A stretch of 64,000 nucleotides of DNA, taken from NCBI GenBank assembly GCA_963713045.1, contig CAVQKE010000004.1:672001-736000 (forward strand), read 5' to 3'. The position numbers were made by a program, and so were the translations under genes. This document shows positions 22,310 to 35,480 of the stretch, in pieces (the first letter of the stretch is position 1; every line of letters starts with the position of its first letter). Under the pieces are notes generated by a model that was not told the DNA's origin, made no database searches, and was given only the letters and a program-made list of their open reading frames with translations. Source of the DNA: an uncultured delta proteobacterium (lineage in GTDB: Bacteria; Myxococcota; Myxococcia; Myxococcales; Myxococcaceae).

Positions 22310-22822
22310 TTACTCCAGCAGCTCCATGGGGCGCACCAGAATGACGCCGGCCTCGACATCCACGCTGGGGACGAAGTCCTCGGCGAATGGCACCAGCAAC
22401 TCCCCGCCGTTCCCGCGGATGACCAAGGTGGGGACCGGCCCAGCGTTCCAAACCTCTTCCACCTGTCCGAGGGGTTTGCCTTCGGGCGACAGTGCGCGCA
22501 GGCCGACCAAGTCACCTTGGAAAAACTCCCCCGCGGCCGGCGGCTCCAAGTCCGCTCGGTACACCAGCACCGTCGAGCCTCGCAGGGCTTCCGCCGCAGC
22601 ACGCCCCTCCACCGAGGCCAAGCTGAGCAGCACCTCGCGGGATGCGGGGCGAGAGCCAGTCACCTCAAAGTCGCGCTCGCTACCGTCCCGGGCGCGCAGC
22701 ACCACGCGCGCCACAGCGTCCAGGGCCTCAGAGGCAGCGTCAAAGGTCCGGATCGCCAGCTCTCCGGCCGTGCCGTGGGCCCGTGACACATAGCCCACCA
22801 CCAGCGTCGGCGAACCCGTCAC
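22310..22822 (-). CDS. rimM: 16S rRNA processing protein RimM
   Basis: VGYVSRAHGTAGEL, EFFQGDLVG, LLVPF; operon position. Confidence 0.93.
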   Translation of the reverse strand: MTGSPTLVVGYVSRAHGTAGELAIRTFDAASEALDAVARVVLRARDGSERDFEVTGSRPASREVLLSLASVEGRAAAEALRGSTVLVYRADLEPPAAGEFFQGDLVGLRALSPEGKPLGQVEEVWNAGPVPTLVIRGNGGELLVPFAEDFVPSVDVEAGVILVRPMELLE

Positions 22823-23142
22823 GGGGCTGCGGACGAGGAGCTGCCCCCGGCGTCCGGTTCCCCCGACGGGTGCTCCGGCGGCGGTGTGGAGGGCACAGCC
22901 GGCCCACGACGGTCATCCAGGACTTCCAGGCGCACTTTGGCGCCCCGGCGCAGTGCGGCCACCGCAAGCACTGCGCGCATGGCGTTGATGGTTCGACCGT
23001 CACGGCCGATGACTTTGCCCACGTCCTCCGGGGCCAGCTTCAGCTCCAGAACCGTGCCCCCGTCGACCGCCAGACTCCGCAGCTCCACCTGGTCAGGCCG
23101 GTCCACCAGGGCCCGCGCGAGGTAGGTGACGAGCTCCTCCAA
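22819..23142 (-). CDS. khpA: KH-domain RNA-binding protein
   Basis: ALVDRPDQV, EDVGKVIGRDGRTINAMR; between rpsP and rimM. Confidence 0.9.
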   Translation of the reverse strand: MEELVTYLARALVDRPDQVELRSLAVDGGTVLELKLAPEDVGKVIGRDGRTINAMRAVLAVAALRRGAKVRLEVLDDRRGPAVPSTPPPEHPSGEPDAGGSSSSAAP

Positions 23143-23151
23143 GAAAGCGCC

Positions 23152-23415
23152 TTAAGCCTTGGTCGCCGCCGCCACCGGACGGACCGCACGTTTGATGAGG
23201 CCAGCCACAGTCTCCGAGGGCTGCGCTCCCACTTTCAGCCAATGTTCCAGTCGTTCCTGGTTAAACTCCACCTTGGGCGGGTTGAGGTTCGGGTCATAGG
23301 CGCCGATGGCCTCGATGAATTTGCCGTCACGCGGGTTGCGCGAGTCGGTGGCAACCACGTGGTAGTACGGCATTTTCTTTGCGCCCGCGCGAGCCAGGCG
23401 AAGCACGACGGCCAT
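23152..23415 (-). CDS. rpsP: 30S ribosomal protein S16
   Basis: MAVVLRLARAGAKKMPYY...DSRNPRDG...GAQPS. Confidence 0.97.
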   Translation of the reverse strand: MAVVLRLARAGAKKMPYYHVVATDSRNPRDGKFIEAIGAYDPNLNPPKVEFNQERLEHWLKVGAQPSETVAGLIKRAVRPVAAATKA

Positions 23416-23441
23416 AAGACGACTCCTCGGAAGGGCCGCGG

Positions 23442-23470
23442 GGAATAGCTCCCTCCCCCCGCAAAGTCAA
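23442..23470 (-). promoter_or_regulatory. sigma70-type promoter of the rpsP operon
   Basis: TTGACT-17bp-TATTCC upstream of GAGGAG SD and the rpsP ATG. Confidence 0.5.
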
Positions 23471-23476
23471 GAAGCC

Positions 23477-24592
23477 TCAGTGATTCAGCGAACTTGCCTC
23501 GGCTTGCCCGGAGCGATTGGCCAGCTGTCCGCAGGCCGCCGCAATGTCTCGACCCCGGTTGGCCCGAATGAAGGCGGCGATGTGCCCGGCGGCGAGAATT
23601 TGCCGAAACGCCTCGGCCCGGCCCTCCCCGGTCGACTGAAAGTCGAGCCCGGGGTTGGCGTTGTAGGGGATGAGATTCACCTTGGCTGGGACACCCTGGA
23701 GCAGCTCCACCAGCCGATGCGCATCTGCGTCGGCATCGTTCACCCCTTGAAGTAGGACATATTCGAAGGTGATGCGCCGACCCTGGCGGAGCGGGAAACG
23801 ACGACATGCCTCGACCAGCTCCGCAATGCCCCACTTACGGTTGACGGGCATCAGCTCGGAGCGCTGCGCGTCATGGCTCGCATTCAGCGAGATGGCCAGC
23901 TTGACGTCGGTCTCCGCGCCGAGGCGCTCAATCATCGGCACCAGGCCCACCGTGGACACGGTGATGTGGCGGTGGGAGAAATTGGGACCCTCCTTCGACT
24001 GCAGAATGGACAGCGCCGCTTTGAGGTTTTCGAAGTTGTGGAGGGGCTCGCCCATTCCCATAAAGACCAGGTTGGTCAGTGGACGCAGCAGCGAGAGAGC
24101 CTCCTCGCGCGCGACCCGCCGGTTGACTTCGTGCACCTGGGCTACAATCTCTCCGGCCGTCAGGTTGCGCTGGAGCCCCATGGTCCCAGTCATACAGAAG
24201 CGACACGCCATGGCGCAGCCAACCTGGGTGGAGACGCACAACGTGCGGCGCTCCGGACTCGGCATGTAGACCGCCTCGATGAGACGGTCGTCCTTGGTCC
24301 GAAAGCGGTATTTCACGGTCCCGTCGATGCTTCTCTGCTCGAGGTCCACCGCCAGCGGCGTCAGGGTGGCGAGGCCACTGAGCCGCTCGCGAAACGCGAT
24401 GGGCAGGTCCGACATCCGCTCGAAGCTGGTCTCTCCGCGCTGGTGGACCCATTGGTAGAGCTGGCGCGCCCGAAAGGAGCGCTCGCCGAGCTGCTCGACC
24501 ACCAGCGCCGTCAGCGCCTCCAGGGGCAGACTCAGGATGTCCAGGGAAGGCTGGGGAACCGCTCGCTCCATCTCTGGAGCGGGCTTTGGCAT
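23477..24592 (-). CDS. rlmN: 23S rRNA A2503 radical-SAM methyltransferase
   Basis: STQVGCAMACRFC, FMGMGEPL, DIAAACGQL. Confidence 0.95.
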   Translation of the reverse strand: MPKPAPEMERAVPQPSLDILSLPLEALTALVVEQLGERSFRARQLYQWVHQRGETSFERMSDLPIAFRERLSGLATLTPLAVDLEQRSIDGTVKYRFRTKDDRLIEAVYMPSPERRTLCVSTQVGCAMACRFCMTGTMGLQRNLTAGEIVAQVHEVNRRVAREEALSLLRPLTNLVFMGMGEPLHNFENLKAALSILQSKEGPNFSHRHITVSTVGLVPMIERLGAETDVKLAISLNASHDAQRSELMPVNRKWGIAELVEACRRFPLRQGRRITFEYVLLQGVNDADADAHRLVELLQGVPAKVNLIPYNANPGLDFQSTGEGRAEAFRQILAAGHIAAFIRANRGRDIAAACGQLANRSGQAEASSLNH

Positions 24593-24619
24593 GGCCGCGG
24601 CCGGCGAGTCAAAGAAGGC

Positions 24620-25531
24620 TCATCCCCAAGGCGTCCGGCGGGTCGCTCCCAACTGCTGGAGTGCCTGTTCCATCCGCTGACGGAGAGCTTCGGCCCTTGC
24701 GCCGAGGGCCGCCCCATCGACGTCCTCGCCAGGGGGGGGCTCCGGCGACAGAAACCGGTAGTCGATGCGCGTCGGGTTGGGCCAGAAGGCGACGGCCAGC
24801 CCCACGGCCAGCGCGTAGCCGGGAAGCAGACCAGTCAGCCACCCAGCCAGACTTCCGAGAAGGACGAAGGCACCGAGCGGCAGTGGCCAGGTGCCAAGCC
24901 TCAACCGTCGCAGGAAGAAAAGGCGGGCGATGACCGGTCCGCCCGGTAGCAGCGTGTACTGGGCGTGGCTACCGGAAATGACCAGCGGCACAATGGGGAC
25001 ACGTGCCTCTCGTGCGGTTCTCAAAAAGCCGTGTCGGCCGCCCCACACCACCCGGTACCGGGCACTGAAGGGACGCAGCGCATCCAGGTCCCCACCGGGA
25101 AACACCAGCACCGGATGGCCGCGTGCGAGCGGTTCGAGCCCAGCTGCGCTGCTGGCCCGGACGCCGCCAATGCGCAGCACCACCACGCGAAACGGCCACC
25201 AAAGCCCAACGTCATGGGCGAGCCCAACCACTGGCCGGCCCAGCCCAAAACGCTGCACCCAAAGGCAGAGCAGCGTCAGGATTTCCATCACCCCATAGCC
25301 GCTGTGGTTGGCGACGCACAGGAAGGGCGTGGCGGGAAGGTTTTCCCAACCCGAGACGGTGGGCCTAAACCACAGGCGCGCCATCGGCCAGAACCAACGC
25401 CTGAGCCCTCGAATGAAGGGGGCGCTGTAGGCCGCCGTAGGCCCGGCAGGTGCGTCCTGTGCGTCCCGTCGCTTGCCGCTAGCGCCGGTAGACGTACGGA
25501 TGGAGCTCGGTCTCGCGGAAGAAGTACGCAA
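24620..25531 (-). CDS. lysophospholipid acyltransferase (PlsC-like); start uncertain
   Basis: VANHSG, LVFPGG, GFLRTA, VPIVP motifs. Confidence 0.8.
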   Translation of the reverse strand: MRTSSARPSSIRTSTGASGKRRDAQDAPAGPTAAYSAPFIRGLRRWFWPMARLWFRPTVSGWENLPATPFLCVANHSGYGVMEILTLLCLWVQRFGLGRPVVGLAHDVGLWWPFRVVVLRIGGVRASSAAGLEPLARGHPVLVFPGGDLDALRPFSARYRVVWGGRHGFLRTAREARVPIVPLVISGSHAQYTLLPGGPVIARLFFLRRLRLGTWPLPLGAFVLLGSLAGWLTGLLPGYALAVGLAVAFWPNPTRIDYRFLSPEPPPGEDVDGAALGARAEALRQRMEQALQQLGATRRTPWG

Positions 25532-25916
25532 TCTCAGCCTTCGCGGTCTCTAAGCTGTCTGAGCCGTGGACGGTGTTCTTCTCAACGTCGGTGGCAAAGT
25601 CCTTGCGGATGGTCCCAGCTGCGGCATTGGCCGGGTTGGTGGCGCCCATGATGTCTCGGTTGCGCTGAACGGCGTTTTCGCCCTCCAGCACCATCAGCAC
25701 CACCGGGCCAGAAGTCATAAACGTCATCAAGTCCTTGAAGAAAGAACGGGCGCGATGCACCGCGTAGAAGCCCTCCGCCTCTCGGGGAGAGAGTTGAGCC
25801 AGACGAATCGCCACCGGCTTCAGCCCGTGCTCCTCGAAGCGGGCGATGATTTTCCCGATGACGCCCTTCTCCAGGCCGTCCGGCTTGATGATGGACAGAG
25901 TCCGTTCGATGGCCAT
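25479..25916 (-). CDS. ndk: nucleoside diphosphate kinase
   Basis: [23 protein letters not shown]. Confidence 0.97.
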   Translation of the reverse strand: MAIERTLSIIKPDGLEKGVIGKIIARFEEHGLKPVAIRLAQLSPREAEGFYAVHRARSFFKDLMTFMTSGPVVLMVLEGENAVQRNRDIMGATNPANAAAGTIRKDFATDVEKNTVHGSDSLETAKAEIAYFFRETELHPYVYRR

Positions 25917-25947
25917 TGCTGTTTCTTTCCTTCGCTTTCTTTGACGT

Positions 25948-26841
25948 TCAGCTGCGGGCTCCGCGCGCGAGCGCGGCCTGCAGGGTGGTGCCAAGCTCGG
26001 TGGGTGAAGGGGCCATCCGGACCCCCGAGGCCTCCATCGCCCGAATCTTCTCTGCTGCCGTGCCCTTTCCGCCGGCAATGATGGCTCCGGCGTGACCCAT
26101 TCGCTTGCCGGGTGGCGCGGAGACACCAGCGATGAAGCCGGCAATGGGCTTTTTGAATTCCCGTGCGATGTAGTCGGCGGCAGCCTCCTCGGCGCTGCCG
26201 CCGATTTCGCCAATCATGATGACCGCGTCGGTGTCTGGGTCTGCGTTGAAGAGCTTGAGGCAGTCGACGAAGTCTGTGCCGTTGACCGGGTCGCCGCCGA
26301 TGCCCACCGCCGTCGACTGGCCCAGGTCAAGCTGGGTGAGTTGGTAGACAGCTTCGTAGGTCAGCGTCCCCGAGCGTGAAATGACGCCGATGCGCCCCGG
26401 CCGGTGAATGTGGCCGGGCATGATGCCAATCTTGCACCGTGCGCCGGGTGTGATGACGCCGGGGCAATTCGGCCCGACCAGGCGGACCCCCGGGTATCCC
26501 CGCAGGACGCTCTTGCAGCGCACCATATCCAACACCGGAATGCCCTCGGTGATGGCGATGATCAGGGCCACCCCGGCATCGGCGGCCTCGAGAATGGCAT
26601 CCGCAGCGAAGGCCGGCGGTACGAAGATGACGCTGGCATTTGCGCCCGTCTCGCGCACCGCCTTCTCGACCGTGTCAAAAACGGGGACCAATTCCTGAAA
26701 CCGAGTTCCGCCCTTTCCCGGCGTCACCCCCGCCACCAACTCGGTGCCGTACTCCAACATTTGGCCGCAGTGAAAGGAGCCCGCGGCGCCGGTGATGCCC
26801 TGACACAGCACCCGCGTCTTCTCATCGACGAGGATGCTCAC
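25948..26841 (-). CDS. sucD: succinyl-CoA synthetase alpha subunit
   Basis: [22 protein letters not shown]. Confidence 0.97.
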   Translation of the reverse strand: MSILVDEKTRVLCQGITGAAGSFHCGQMLEYGTELVAGVTPGKGGTRFQELVPVFDTVEKAVRETGANASVIFVPPAFAADAILEAADAGVALIIAITEGIPVLDMVRCKSVLRGYPGVRLVGPNCPGVITPGARCKIGIMPGHIHRPGRIGVISRSGTLTYEAVYQLTQLDLGQSTAVGIGGDPVNGTDFVDCLKLFNADPDTDAVIMIGEIGGSAEEAAADYIAREFKKPIAGFIAGVSAPPGKRMGHAGAIIAGGKGTAAEKIRAMEASGVRMAPSPTELGTTLQAALARGARS

Positions 26842-28010
26842 GGCTTCACCCCGCGCGCCGCGGCCACCGCACGCTCGGCCGCCTGGCGCAAGTTGTCCGC
26901 TGGGGTGATGGCCAGTCCTGACGTGCGGAGGATTTCCTTGCCCTTCTCGACGTTGGTGCCTTCAAGCCGGACCACCAGGGGGACCCGGAGCCGGACCTCG
27001 CGGGCCGCTGCCACCACCCCGTCGGCAATTACGTCGCACTTCATGATGCCTCCGAAGATGTTGACCAGCACCGCCTTCACCCCTGGGTCGTCGAGAATCA
27101 ACTTGAAGGCCGCAGTCACCTTTTCCCGTGTCGCCCCACCACCGACGTCGAGGAAATTCGCCGGCGACCCACCCACCAGCTTGATGGTGTCCATGGTGGC
27201 CATCGCCAACCCGGCGCCGTTCACCATGCACCCGATGTTGCCGTCCAGCGCGATGTAAGCCAGGTCAAACTCCTTGGCCTTGGCCTCTCGCGGGTCTTCC
27301 TCATCGACGTCGCGGTAAGCGGCAATCTCCGGATGACGGTAGAGCGCGTTGTCGTCGAAGGCCATCTTCGAGTCGAGGGCCATGACCGCTCCGTCCTTGA
27401 GAACGACCAGCGGATTCACCTCCGCCAGACTGGCGTCGGTTTCCATGTAACAGCGGTCCAGCGCGCGGCAGAACGCAACGAAGCGCCCAACGGTGGAGCC
27501 GGACAGGCCCAGCTTGAAGGCCAGCTTTCGACCCTGGAAGTCGGAAAATCCGGCTCCCGGGTCGATGGACTCCACGTGGATGCGTTCGGGATGCTTGGCC
27601 GCTACCTCCTCGATTTCAACTCCCCCCTCGCTCGACGTCATGAGGCTGACGCGCGACAGCGCGCGGTCGAGCGTCATGCCCAGATACAGTTCGCGGGCGA
27701 TGTCGAGTCCTTCTTCGATGTACACCTTCCGGACTTTCTGGCCGGCCGGACCGGTCTGATGGGTCTTGAGCTGCATTCCCAGAATTTCCGAGGCCAGCTT
27801 CCGGGCTTCTTCTGGTGAGCGCGCCAACTTCACCCCGCCACCCTTCCCGCGGCCGCCAGCATGAATCTGCGCTTTCACCACCACCACCGGGGTCTTGAGC
27901 TGGCGCGCGGCCTGCTCGGCCTCCTCCGGTGTGGTGGCCAGGATGCCGCGCGGGACGGGAACCCCATACTTCCGGAAGAGCTCCTTGCCCTGGTACTCGT
28001 GGATTTTCAT
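26838..28010 (-). CDS. sucC: succinyl-CoA synthetase beta subunit
   Basis: [36 protein letters not shown]. Confidence 0.97.
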   Translation of the reverse strand: MKIHEYQGKELFRKYGVPVPRGILATTPEEAEQAARQLKTPVVVVKAQIHAGGRGKGGGVKLARSPEEARKLASEILGMQLKTHQTGPAGQKVRKVYIEEGLDIARELYLGMTLDRALSRVSLMTSSEGGVEIEEVAAKHPERIHVESIDPGAGFSDFQGRKLAFKLGLSGSTVGRFVAFCRALDRCYMETDASLAEVNPLVVLKDGAVMALDSKMAFDDNALYRHPEIAAYRDVDEEDPREAKAKEFDLAYIALDGNIGCMVNGAGLAMATMDTIKLVGGSPANFLDVGGGATREKVTAAFKLILDDPGVKAVLVNIFGGIMKCDVIADGVVAAAREVRLRVPLVVRLEGTNVEKGKEILRTSGLAITPADNLRQAAERAVAAARGVKP

Positions 28011-28036
28011 CGTCCCTCGTTCGGGTCGTGTCTTGG

Positions 28037-30318
<2,282 letters not shown>

Positions 30319-30500
30319 GGACAACCTCCGGAAGAGCCCCCCAGGGGGCGGCCGGGTATAGGCTCCACCAGGAACAAGCCGCAAGCCTTGCTGCCTACCC
30401 CTCGTCCCTGCACTGTCGAGCGCAGAGTCCAGCCTGGGAGCAGAATGGGTAGCGATTTTTGGGGTTGCAACCGAGCCCCGCTCGGGGGAATGAGGACAGC

Positions 30501-31793
30501 ATGTCGAAAGAGACACTCACCGTCACTGACAACCGCACCGGCAAGACGTATGAGCTGCCCATCTCGCAGGGCTGCATCCGGACGGCTGACCTCCGCCAAA
30601 TCAAGGTCGACCCCTCAGACTTCGGACTGATGGGCTACGACCCGGCGTTCCTCAACACCGCCAACTGTCGCAGCGCCATCACCTTCATCGACGGCGACAA
30701 GGGCATCCTCGAGTACCGCGGCTACCCCATCGAGCAGCTCGCCGAGCAGTCGACGTTTCTCGAAGTGGCCTATTTGCTGATGAATGGAGAGCTCCCCAGC
30801 CGCCAGCAGCTGGCCGACTTCACCCATGTCGTCATCCACCACACCTACGTCCACGAGAACGTGAAGTCGTTCATGGATGGGTTCCGCTACGACGCCCATC
30901 CGATGTCAATGCTGGCCTCCACCGTCGCGGCCCTCTCCGCTTTCTATCCGGAGGCGAAGAACATCCAAGACGCCCAGGTGCGGCGCATCCAGATGATGCG
31001 GATGGTGGCCAAGATGCCCACCCTGGCGGCATTCAGCTTCCGCCACGCGATGGGGTTGCCCTACGTCTACCCCAACAACGACCTGTCCTACGTCGGCAAC
31101 TTCTTGGCGATGATTAAGAAGATTGGCACCGACAGCTACCGGCTCAATCCGGTGCTGGAGCGAGCTCTCGACGTGCTCTTCATCCTCCACGCCGACCACG
31201 AGCAGAACTGCAGCACCACCGCGGTCCGGCTGGTGGGCTCGAGCGAGGTGGACCCCTACTCCGCCGTCGCCGCCGGCATCACCGCGCTCTACGGCCCGCT
31301 TCACGGCGGCGCCAACGAGGCAGTGCTGAAGATGCTCCGCAGCATCGGCAGCCTGGAAAAGGTCCCCGAGTTCATCCGGCTGGTGAAGAGCGGCGAGGGG
31401 GAAACACGGCTGATGGGTTTCGGGCACCGCGTCTACAAGAGTTACGACCCGCGGGCCAAAGTCATCAAGCGGGTCGCCGACGAGGTCTTCGAAGTCACCG
31501 GCAAGAATCCCCTCCTCAACATCGCGCTGGAGCTCGAGCGCATCGCGCTGCAGGACGACTACTTCATCAAGCGCAAGCTCTATCCCAACGTCGACTTCTA
31601 TTCCGGGCTCATCTACGAGGCGATGGGCTTCCCCTCAGCCTACTTCCCGGTGCTCTTCGCCATCCCCCGCACGGTGGGCTGGGTCTCTCAGTGGGAAGAG
31701 ATGGTGCTCGACCAGGAGCAAAAGATTGCCCGGCCCCGCCAGGTGTATGTCGGCCATCCACAGCGAGACTACGTGCCGTTTGATAAGCGCTGA
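30501..31793 (+). CDS. gltA: citrate synthase
   Basis: [37 protein letters not shown]. Confidence 0.97.
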   Translation: MSKETLTVTDNRTGKTYELPISQGCIRTADLRQIKVDPSDFGLMGYDPAFLNTANCRSAITFIDGDKGILEYRGYPIEQLAEQSTFLEVAYLLMNGELPSRQQLADFTHVVIHHTYVHENVKSFMDGFRYDAHPMSMLASTVAALSAFYPEAKNIQDAQVRRIQMMRMVAKMPTLAAFSFRHAMGLPYVYPNNDLSYVGNFLAMIKKIGTDSYRLNPVLERALDVLFILHADHEQNCSTTAVRLVGSSEVDPYSAVAAGITALYGPLHGGANEAVLKMLRSIGSLEKVPEFIRLVKSGEGETRLMGFGHRVYKSYDPRAKVIKRVADEVFEVTGKNPLLNIALELERIALQDDYFIKRKLYPNVDFYSGLIYEAMGFPSAYFPVLFAIPRTVGWVSQWEEMVLDQEQKIARPRQVYVGHPQRDYVPFDKR

Positions 31794-31799
31794 GCGAAC

Positions 31800-32159
31800 A
31801 TGACCATCGACTTCACCTGCCAGAAGTGCGACGCGACCTTCGAAATCGACGCGCAGGACCTCATCGATGGGTCGGAGAAGCTGGTCTGTACCAGCTGTGA
31901 GACCAAGGCACCGGCCAACGTGGTGGAGGACTTCGTCGCGGCGCTCACCGAGATGCGCACGCAGGTGGCTGCCCTGGGGAAGAAGTTCAGTCTGGCCATG
32001 GCCTTTGAGACCGAGGACTTGGAAGACCTCGAAGCCAAGGAAGACGAGGAAGACGCCGAGGAGGACGAGGACGACCTCGACGAGGATGAGGATGAGGATG
32101 AGGATGAGGACGACGACCTCGATGACGACGAGGAAGACGCCGACGAGGACGAAGCCTAG
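31800..32159 (+). CDS. zinc-ribbon protein with long Asp/Glu tail
   Basis: CQKC...CTSC; ~45-residue D/E tail including GATGAG tandem repeats. Confidence 0.8.
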   Translation: MTIDFTCQKCDATFEIDAQDLIDGSEKLVCTSCETKAPANVVEDFVAALTEMRTQVAALGKKFSLAMAFETEDLEDLEAKEDEEDAEEDEDDLDEDEDEDEDEDDDLDDDEEDADEDEA

Positions 32160-32185
32160 GCGCTGGGCCGCCGGTGCCCTCAGGA

Positions 32186-32320
32186 CAGGAAAGCCCGGCC
32201 CCCCCTCCCAGAGTGGCCGGGCTTTCAACGGCAACCAGAAAACCAGAAGTCCGGATTGAGGGGTGCGGACACTCCTCCTCTGGTGAAAGCAGCGCGGCCT
32301 TGCGTCAAAAAGTCCGGCGG
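32186..32320 (-). ncRNA. candidate small RNA (or 15-aa peptide mRNA)
   Basis: TTGACA at 32349-32344 with a candidate -10 at ~32327-32320, an internal hairpin with a C-rich loop and a terminal GC-rich hairpin. Confidence 0.4.
32189..32226. terminator. hairpin terminator, possibly bidirectional
   Basis: GAAAGCCCGGCC-N14-GGCCGGGCTTTC perfect 12-bp stem between convergent units. Confidence 0.7.
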
Positions 32321-32363
32321 TCGTATGACGGCGATGGGCAGACTGTCAAGACTTGCAAGGCAA

Positions 32364-32951
32364 TTAGCTGCGCGCCCGGAGCGCCGCGGTCGACCCACGG
32401 AAGGTGGCCAGCATGGAACGGACGTCCAATCGGGCGGTGCGCAGGAAGACCTTCAGCGCACGCTCGGCTGCCTGAGCCAGCAGATTCATCCGTTCCAGGC
32501 GGGCGAGCCGTTCCCGGTCGACGCCGGAGGCGCTTGCCGCGACGCGCCGGGCCTCTGTCAGCTCGGCCCGAATGCGCGAAAGAAAGGCCAGCTCGCGCTC
32601 TTCAATGACGCGGCTTACCATGCGCACCAGGTCGGTCTCAGACCGGTAGTGCCAGGCGCCCGTTCCGGGCTGACGCACCCGCTGCACCACGCCCCAGCGC
32701 TCCAGGTCCCGCACCAGCATCGACACGCCGCCCTTGCTGAGCCCGAGCGCGGCCTCCAGCTGGGTGGCGCTCATCGCGGTCGCCCGCAGGTAAAGCAGCG
32801 CCCAGACCCGGCCTTGGTTGTGCTTGAAGCCCCAAAACTCAATCACATGGCCCACCGCCTCAACGGCGATGGATTCCCAGCGGGGGAGGCCACCTTCCAG
32901 CGGGTCGCCCGGGGAAACCATCGGCGCGTCGGACCAACCGAAGCCCTTCAT
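32364..32951 (-). CDS. GbsR/MarR-family transcriptional regulator
   Basis: WGFKHNQGRVWALLYL, LGLSKGGVSMLVRDLERWGVV wHTH; ATGA overlap with the upstream gene. Confidence 0.85.
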   Translation of the reverse strand: MKGFGWSDAPMVSPGDPLEGGLPRWESIAVEAVGHVIEFWGFKHNQGRVWALLYLRATAMSATQLEAALGLSKGGVSMLVRDLERWGVVQRVRQPGTGAWHYRSETDLVRMVSRVIEERELAFLSRIRAELTEARRVAASASGVDRERLARLERMNLLAQAAERALKVFLRTARLDVRSMLATFRGSTAALRARS

Positions 32952-33934
32952 GCCTGAATTCCCTCCTCGAAGGCCTGACCGAGGGCTTGCGTCCAAGCCA
33001 CCAGCTGCTCGCCGCCGGGCTCCTGGGCGTAGGCCCCCAGCGCGTCCAGCGCACGAGAGACTTCCCGGTGCAGTTCCGCTCGCGCCTCCCCCATCGCCGG
33101 CCCGGCGAGGACGGCCTGACCCACCTCGCGCACCCGCTCGTCAGGCATCGAGCCGAAAGCCCAAAGTTCCTTGAGGCAGCGGCGGACTTCCCCGTCGGCA
33201 GCGGCCGCGAACAGCAGGGGCAGCGACGGGGTGCGGGAGCGGATGTCGGCGAACGGAGGCTTTCCCGGGTCACCGCCGGTCAAGTCCTTCAAGTCATCCG
33301 CAATTTGAAACGCCACGCCTAGGTGTCGGCCGAAGGTGTCAAAGCGGCGCGCGACTTCCGGCTTCCCGGCCAACGTCGCCGCGGCGGCGCCACAAAACCC
33401 AAACAACGCACCAGTCTTCCCCTCGGCAATGCCCCTCAGCTGCTCGGGCGGCAAGGCGAGGTCTCCTCGCGCCTCGACCTCACCAATGGTGGCCCGGGTC
33501 ATTTCCGCCACCGTGGCGACAGCGCTGGCGGTCACTGCGCGGTCGAGCGTCGCCAACTCCTCCAGTGCCACGCAGAGGAGAAAGTCGCCGCCCATCACCG
33601 CGACGATGTTGCCCCACAGTGCATTCACCGTCGGCCGGCCGCGACGAAACATCCCCTGGTCCACCACGTCGTCGTGAAGAAGGCTGGCGGAGTGCACCAA
33701 CTCGGCGGCGACTCCCACGTGCAGCAGGGCGGCCGGGGACGCCCCCACCGCCCGGCCGAAGAGGTGGACCATCAGCGGGCGAAGCCGCTTGCCACCACCG
33801 CCGATGCACAGGTGCCGTGCAGCATTGCTCAGCGTCTCGGACGCGCTGACTCCGCGGCCAGCGCGCGTCAGGACCTGGCCGAGGCGGTCCTCGGTGGCCC
33901 CCAGAAATTCGTTCGCGGCGGGTGTCAGGTCCAT
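32948..33934 (-). CDS. polyprenyl diphosphate synthase
   Basis: GGKRLRP, LLHDDVVD, RRGRPT, FQIADD. Confidence 0.92.
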   Translation of the reverse strand: MDLTPAANEFLGATEDRLGQVLTRAGRGVSASETLSNAARHLCIGGGGKRLRPLMVHLFGRAVGASPAALLHVGVAAELVHSASLLHDDVVDQGMFRRGRPTVNALWGNIVAVMGGDFLLCVALEELATLDRAVTASAVATVAEMTRATIGEVEARGDLALPPEQLRGIAEGKTGALFGFCGAAAATLAGKPEVARRFDTFGRHLGVAFQIADDLKDLTGGDPGKPPFADIRSRTPSLPLLFAAAADGEVRRCLKELWAFGSMPDERVREVGQAVLAGPAMGEARAELHREVSRALDALGAYAQEPGGEQLVAWTQALGQAFEEGIQA

Positions 33935-34010
33935 CGTCGGTTCACTACGTTCAAGACTACGTGAACTTGGCGCACTTGGCTCCGGTTTTCACCGGGCATT
34001 CTTCTCGGTC

Positions 34011-35480
34011 TCACAAGACCCTCTTCCGGTGTGCTGGGGTTTCCCTGCCGTCGGCCGCCTCGAGCTCCGCTTTCACCGCCAAGCGGTCCACCTTCTCCGC
34101 GGCTGTCCGCGGCAGCACCCGCAGGGCCACGACGTCGGCCGGGACTTTGAAGCCGGCCAATCGGCCGCGCAGCCATTCGAAGAGTCCCTCCGGCCGGGCG
34201 CCCGGGCGCAGCACCACTGCCGCCACCGGGACTTCGCCCCAGGTAGCGTCGGGGCGTCCCACCACCGCTGCCTCGACCACGGCCGGGTGGGAGCAGAGCA
34301 GCGCCTCCACTTCGGCCGGGTAGACGTTCTCCCCGCCCGAGATGATGAGGTCCAGCCGACGCGCCAACACCCGCAGCCGTCCGTTGGCGTCGAGGCTGCC
34401 CACGTCCCCGGTGTGGAGCCATCCCTCGGTGAGGGCCTCCGCGGAGGCCGCCTCGTCCTCGAGGTAGCCGGCCATCAGGGTGGGGCCTCGAACGTCAATG
34501 TCCCCAGCCTCACCGACGCCGGCCGCCTGGCCGTCGACTTTGACAATCCGCAGCTCAACCCCAGGCAGCGCCGGACCGGCGGTGATGCCGTCGGCCTCGC
34601 CCGGCCGCTCCGTGGCCACCTGAGAGCAAGCTTCGGTGAGGCCATAGGTTTGCAGCACCGGAAAGCCGGCTGCGCGCGCTTTTGAAGCCAGCTCGGGTGC
34701 CAGGGGGCCGCCGCCCACCAGCACCGCCCGTAGGACGCCCGGGCGCGCCCCGGCCTCCAGCGCCAGCGTCAGGGTGCGCGCGACCAGACTGGCGTGCGTA
34801 ATTCCCCCTTGGGACAGCGCACGCGCCGTTTGGAGGGCATCAAAGCGCCGGTGAAGGACGAGGGCGGCGCCGTCCACCGCGCAGCGCACCACCATGGCAA
34901 GCCCGCCGACGTGAAACAGCGGCAGGTTGCAAAGCCAGCGGTCCTCCTCGCTGCCCCCCAGGTTGGCCCGGGAGGCCGCCGCGCTGGCCAGGAGGGCCCT
35001 TACCGGAAGCCGGGCGCCCTTCGGCTGTCCGGTGGTGCCTGAGGTGAAGAGTACCGCCCAGTCGGCGTCCAGGGGCAGCCCGCTGCCTTCCGGCGGCGGC
35101 GCCGCGGGCTGTCGCGCCAGGGCCTCCAGCCTCTCCGCGTCCGGGAGGCGTTCGGCAAGCGCCTCCTCCGCAAGCAGTGCCCGCGGCCGAAGGCGCTGGA
35201 CAAGTCCGTCCAGCTCCGCGCGGGCCAAACGCGTGTTGAGAGGCGCGAGGACCGCTCCCAGACGACGCACGGCAAAGAGGAGCGCCACCGCCGGCAGCCC
35301 ATTCCAGGCGAGGAGCCCGACCCGCGCGCCCGGGCCGACACCCCGCGCGTGCAACCGGCCGGCCCAGGCTGCCACTTCGGCGTCCAACTCGCGAAAGGAG
35401 AGGCGCCGGGACTCCAGCACCAGGGCCACCCGGTGGGGTGCACGGAGGGCCATCGTCCGCACGGGACAGGGCGTCACCAT
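34011..35480 (-). CDS. menE: o-succinylbenzoate-CoA ligase
   Basis: FTSGTTGQPKG, YGLTE, ISGGENVYP; men cluster context. Confidence 0.9.
   Translation of the reverse strand: MVTPCPVRTMALRAPHRVALVLESRRLSFRELDAEVAAWAGRLHARGVGPGARVGLLAWNGLPAVALLFAVRRLGAVLAPLNTRLARAELDGLVQRLRPRALLAEEALAERLPDAERLEALARQPAAPPPEGSGLPLDADWAVLFTSGTTGQPKGARLPVRALLASAAASRANLGGSEEDRWLCNLPLFHVGGLAMVVRCAVDGAALVLHRRFDALQTARALSQGGITHASLVARTLTLALEAGARPGVLRAVLVGGGPLAPELASKARAAGFPVLQTYGLTEACSQVATERPGEADGITAGPALPGVELRIVKVDGQAAGVGEAGDIDVRGPTLMAGYLEDEAASAEALTEGWLHTGDVGSLDANGRLRVLARRLDLIISGGENVYPAEVEALLCSHPAVVEAAVVGRPDATWGEVPVAAVVLRPGARPEGLFEWLRGRLAGFKVPADVVALRVLPRTAAEKVDRLAVKAELEAADGRETPAHRKRVL

Noticed and set aside
32030..32150. 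GATGAG/GACGAG repeats as a CRISPR or non-coding array
   Set aside because: In-frame Asp/Glu codons; no spacers and no cas genes anywhere in the window
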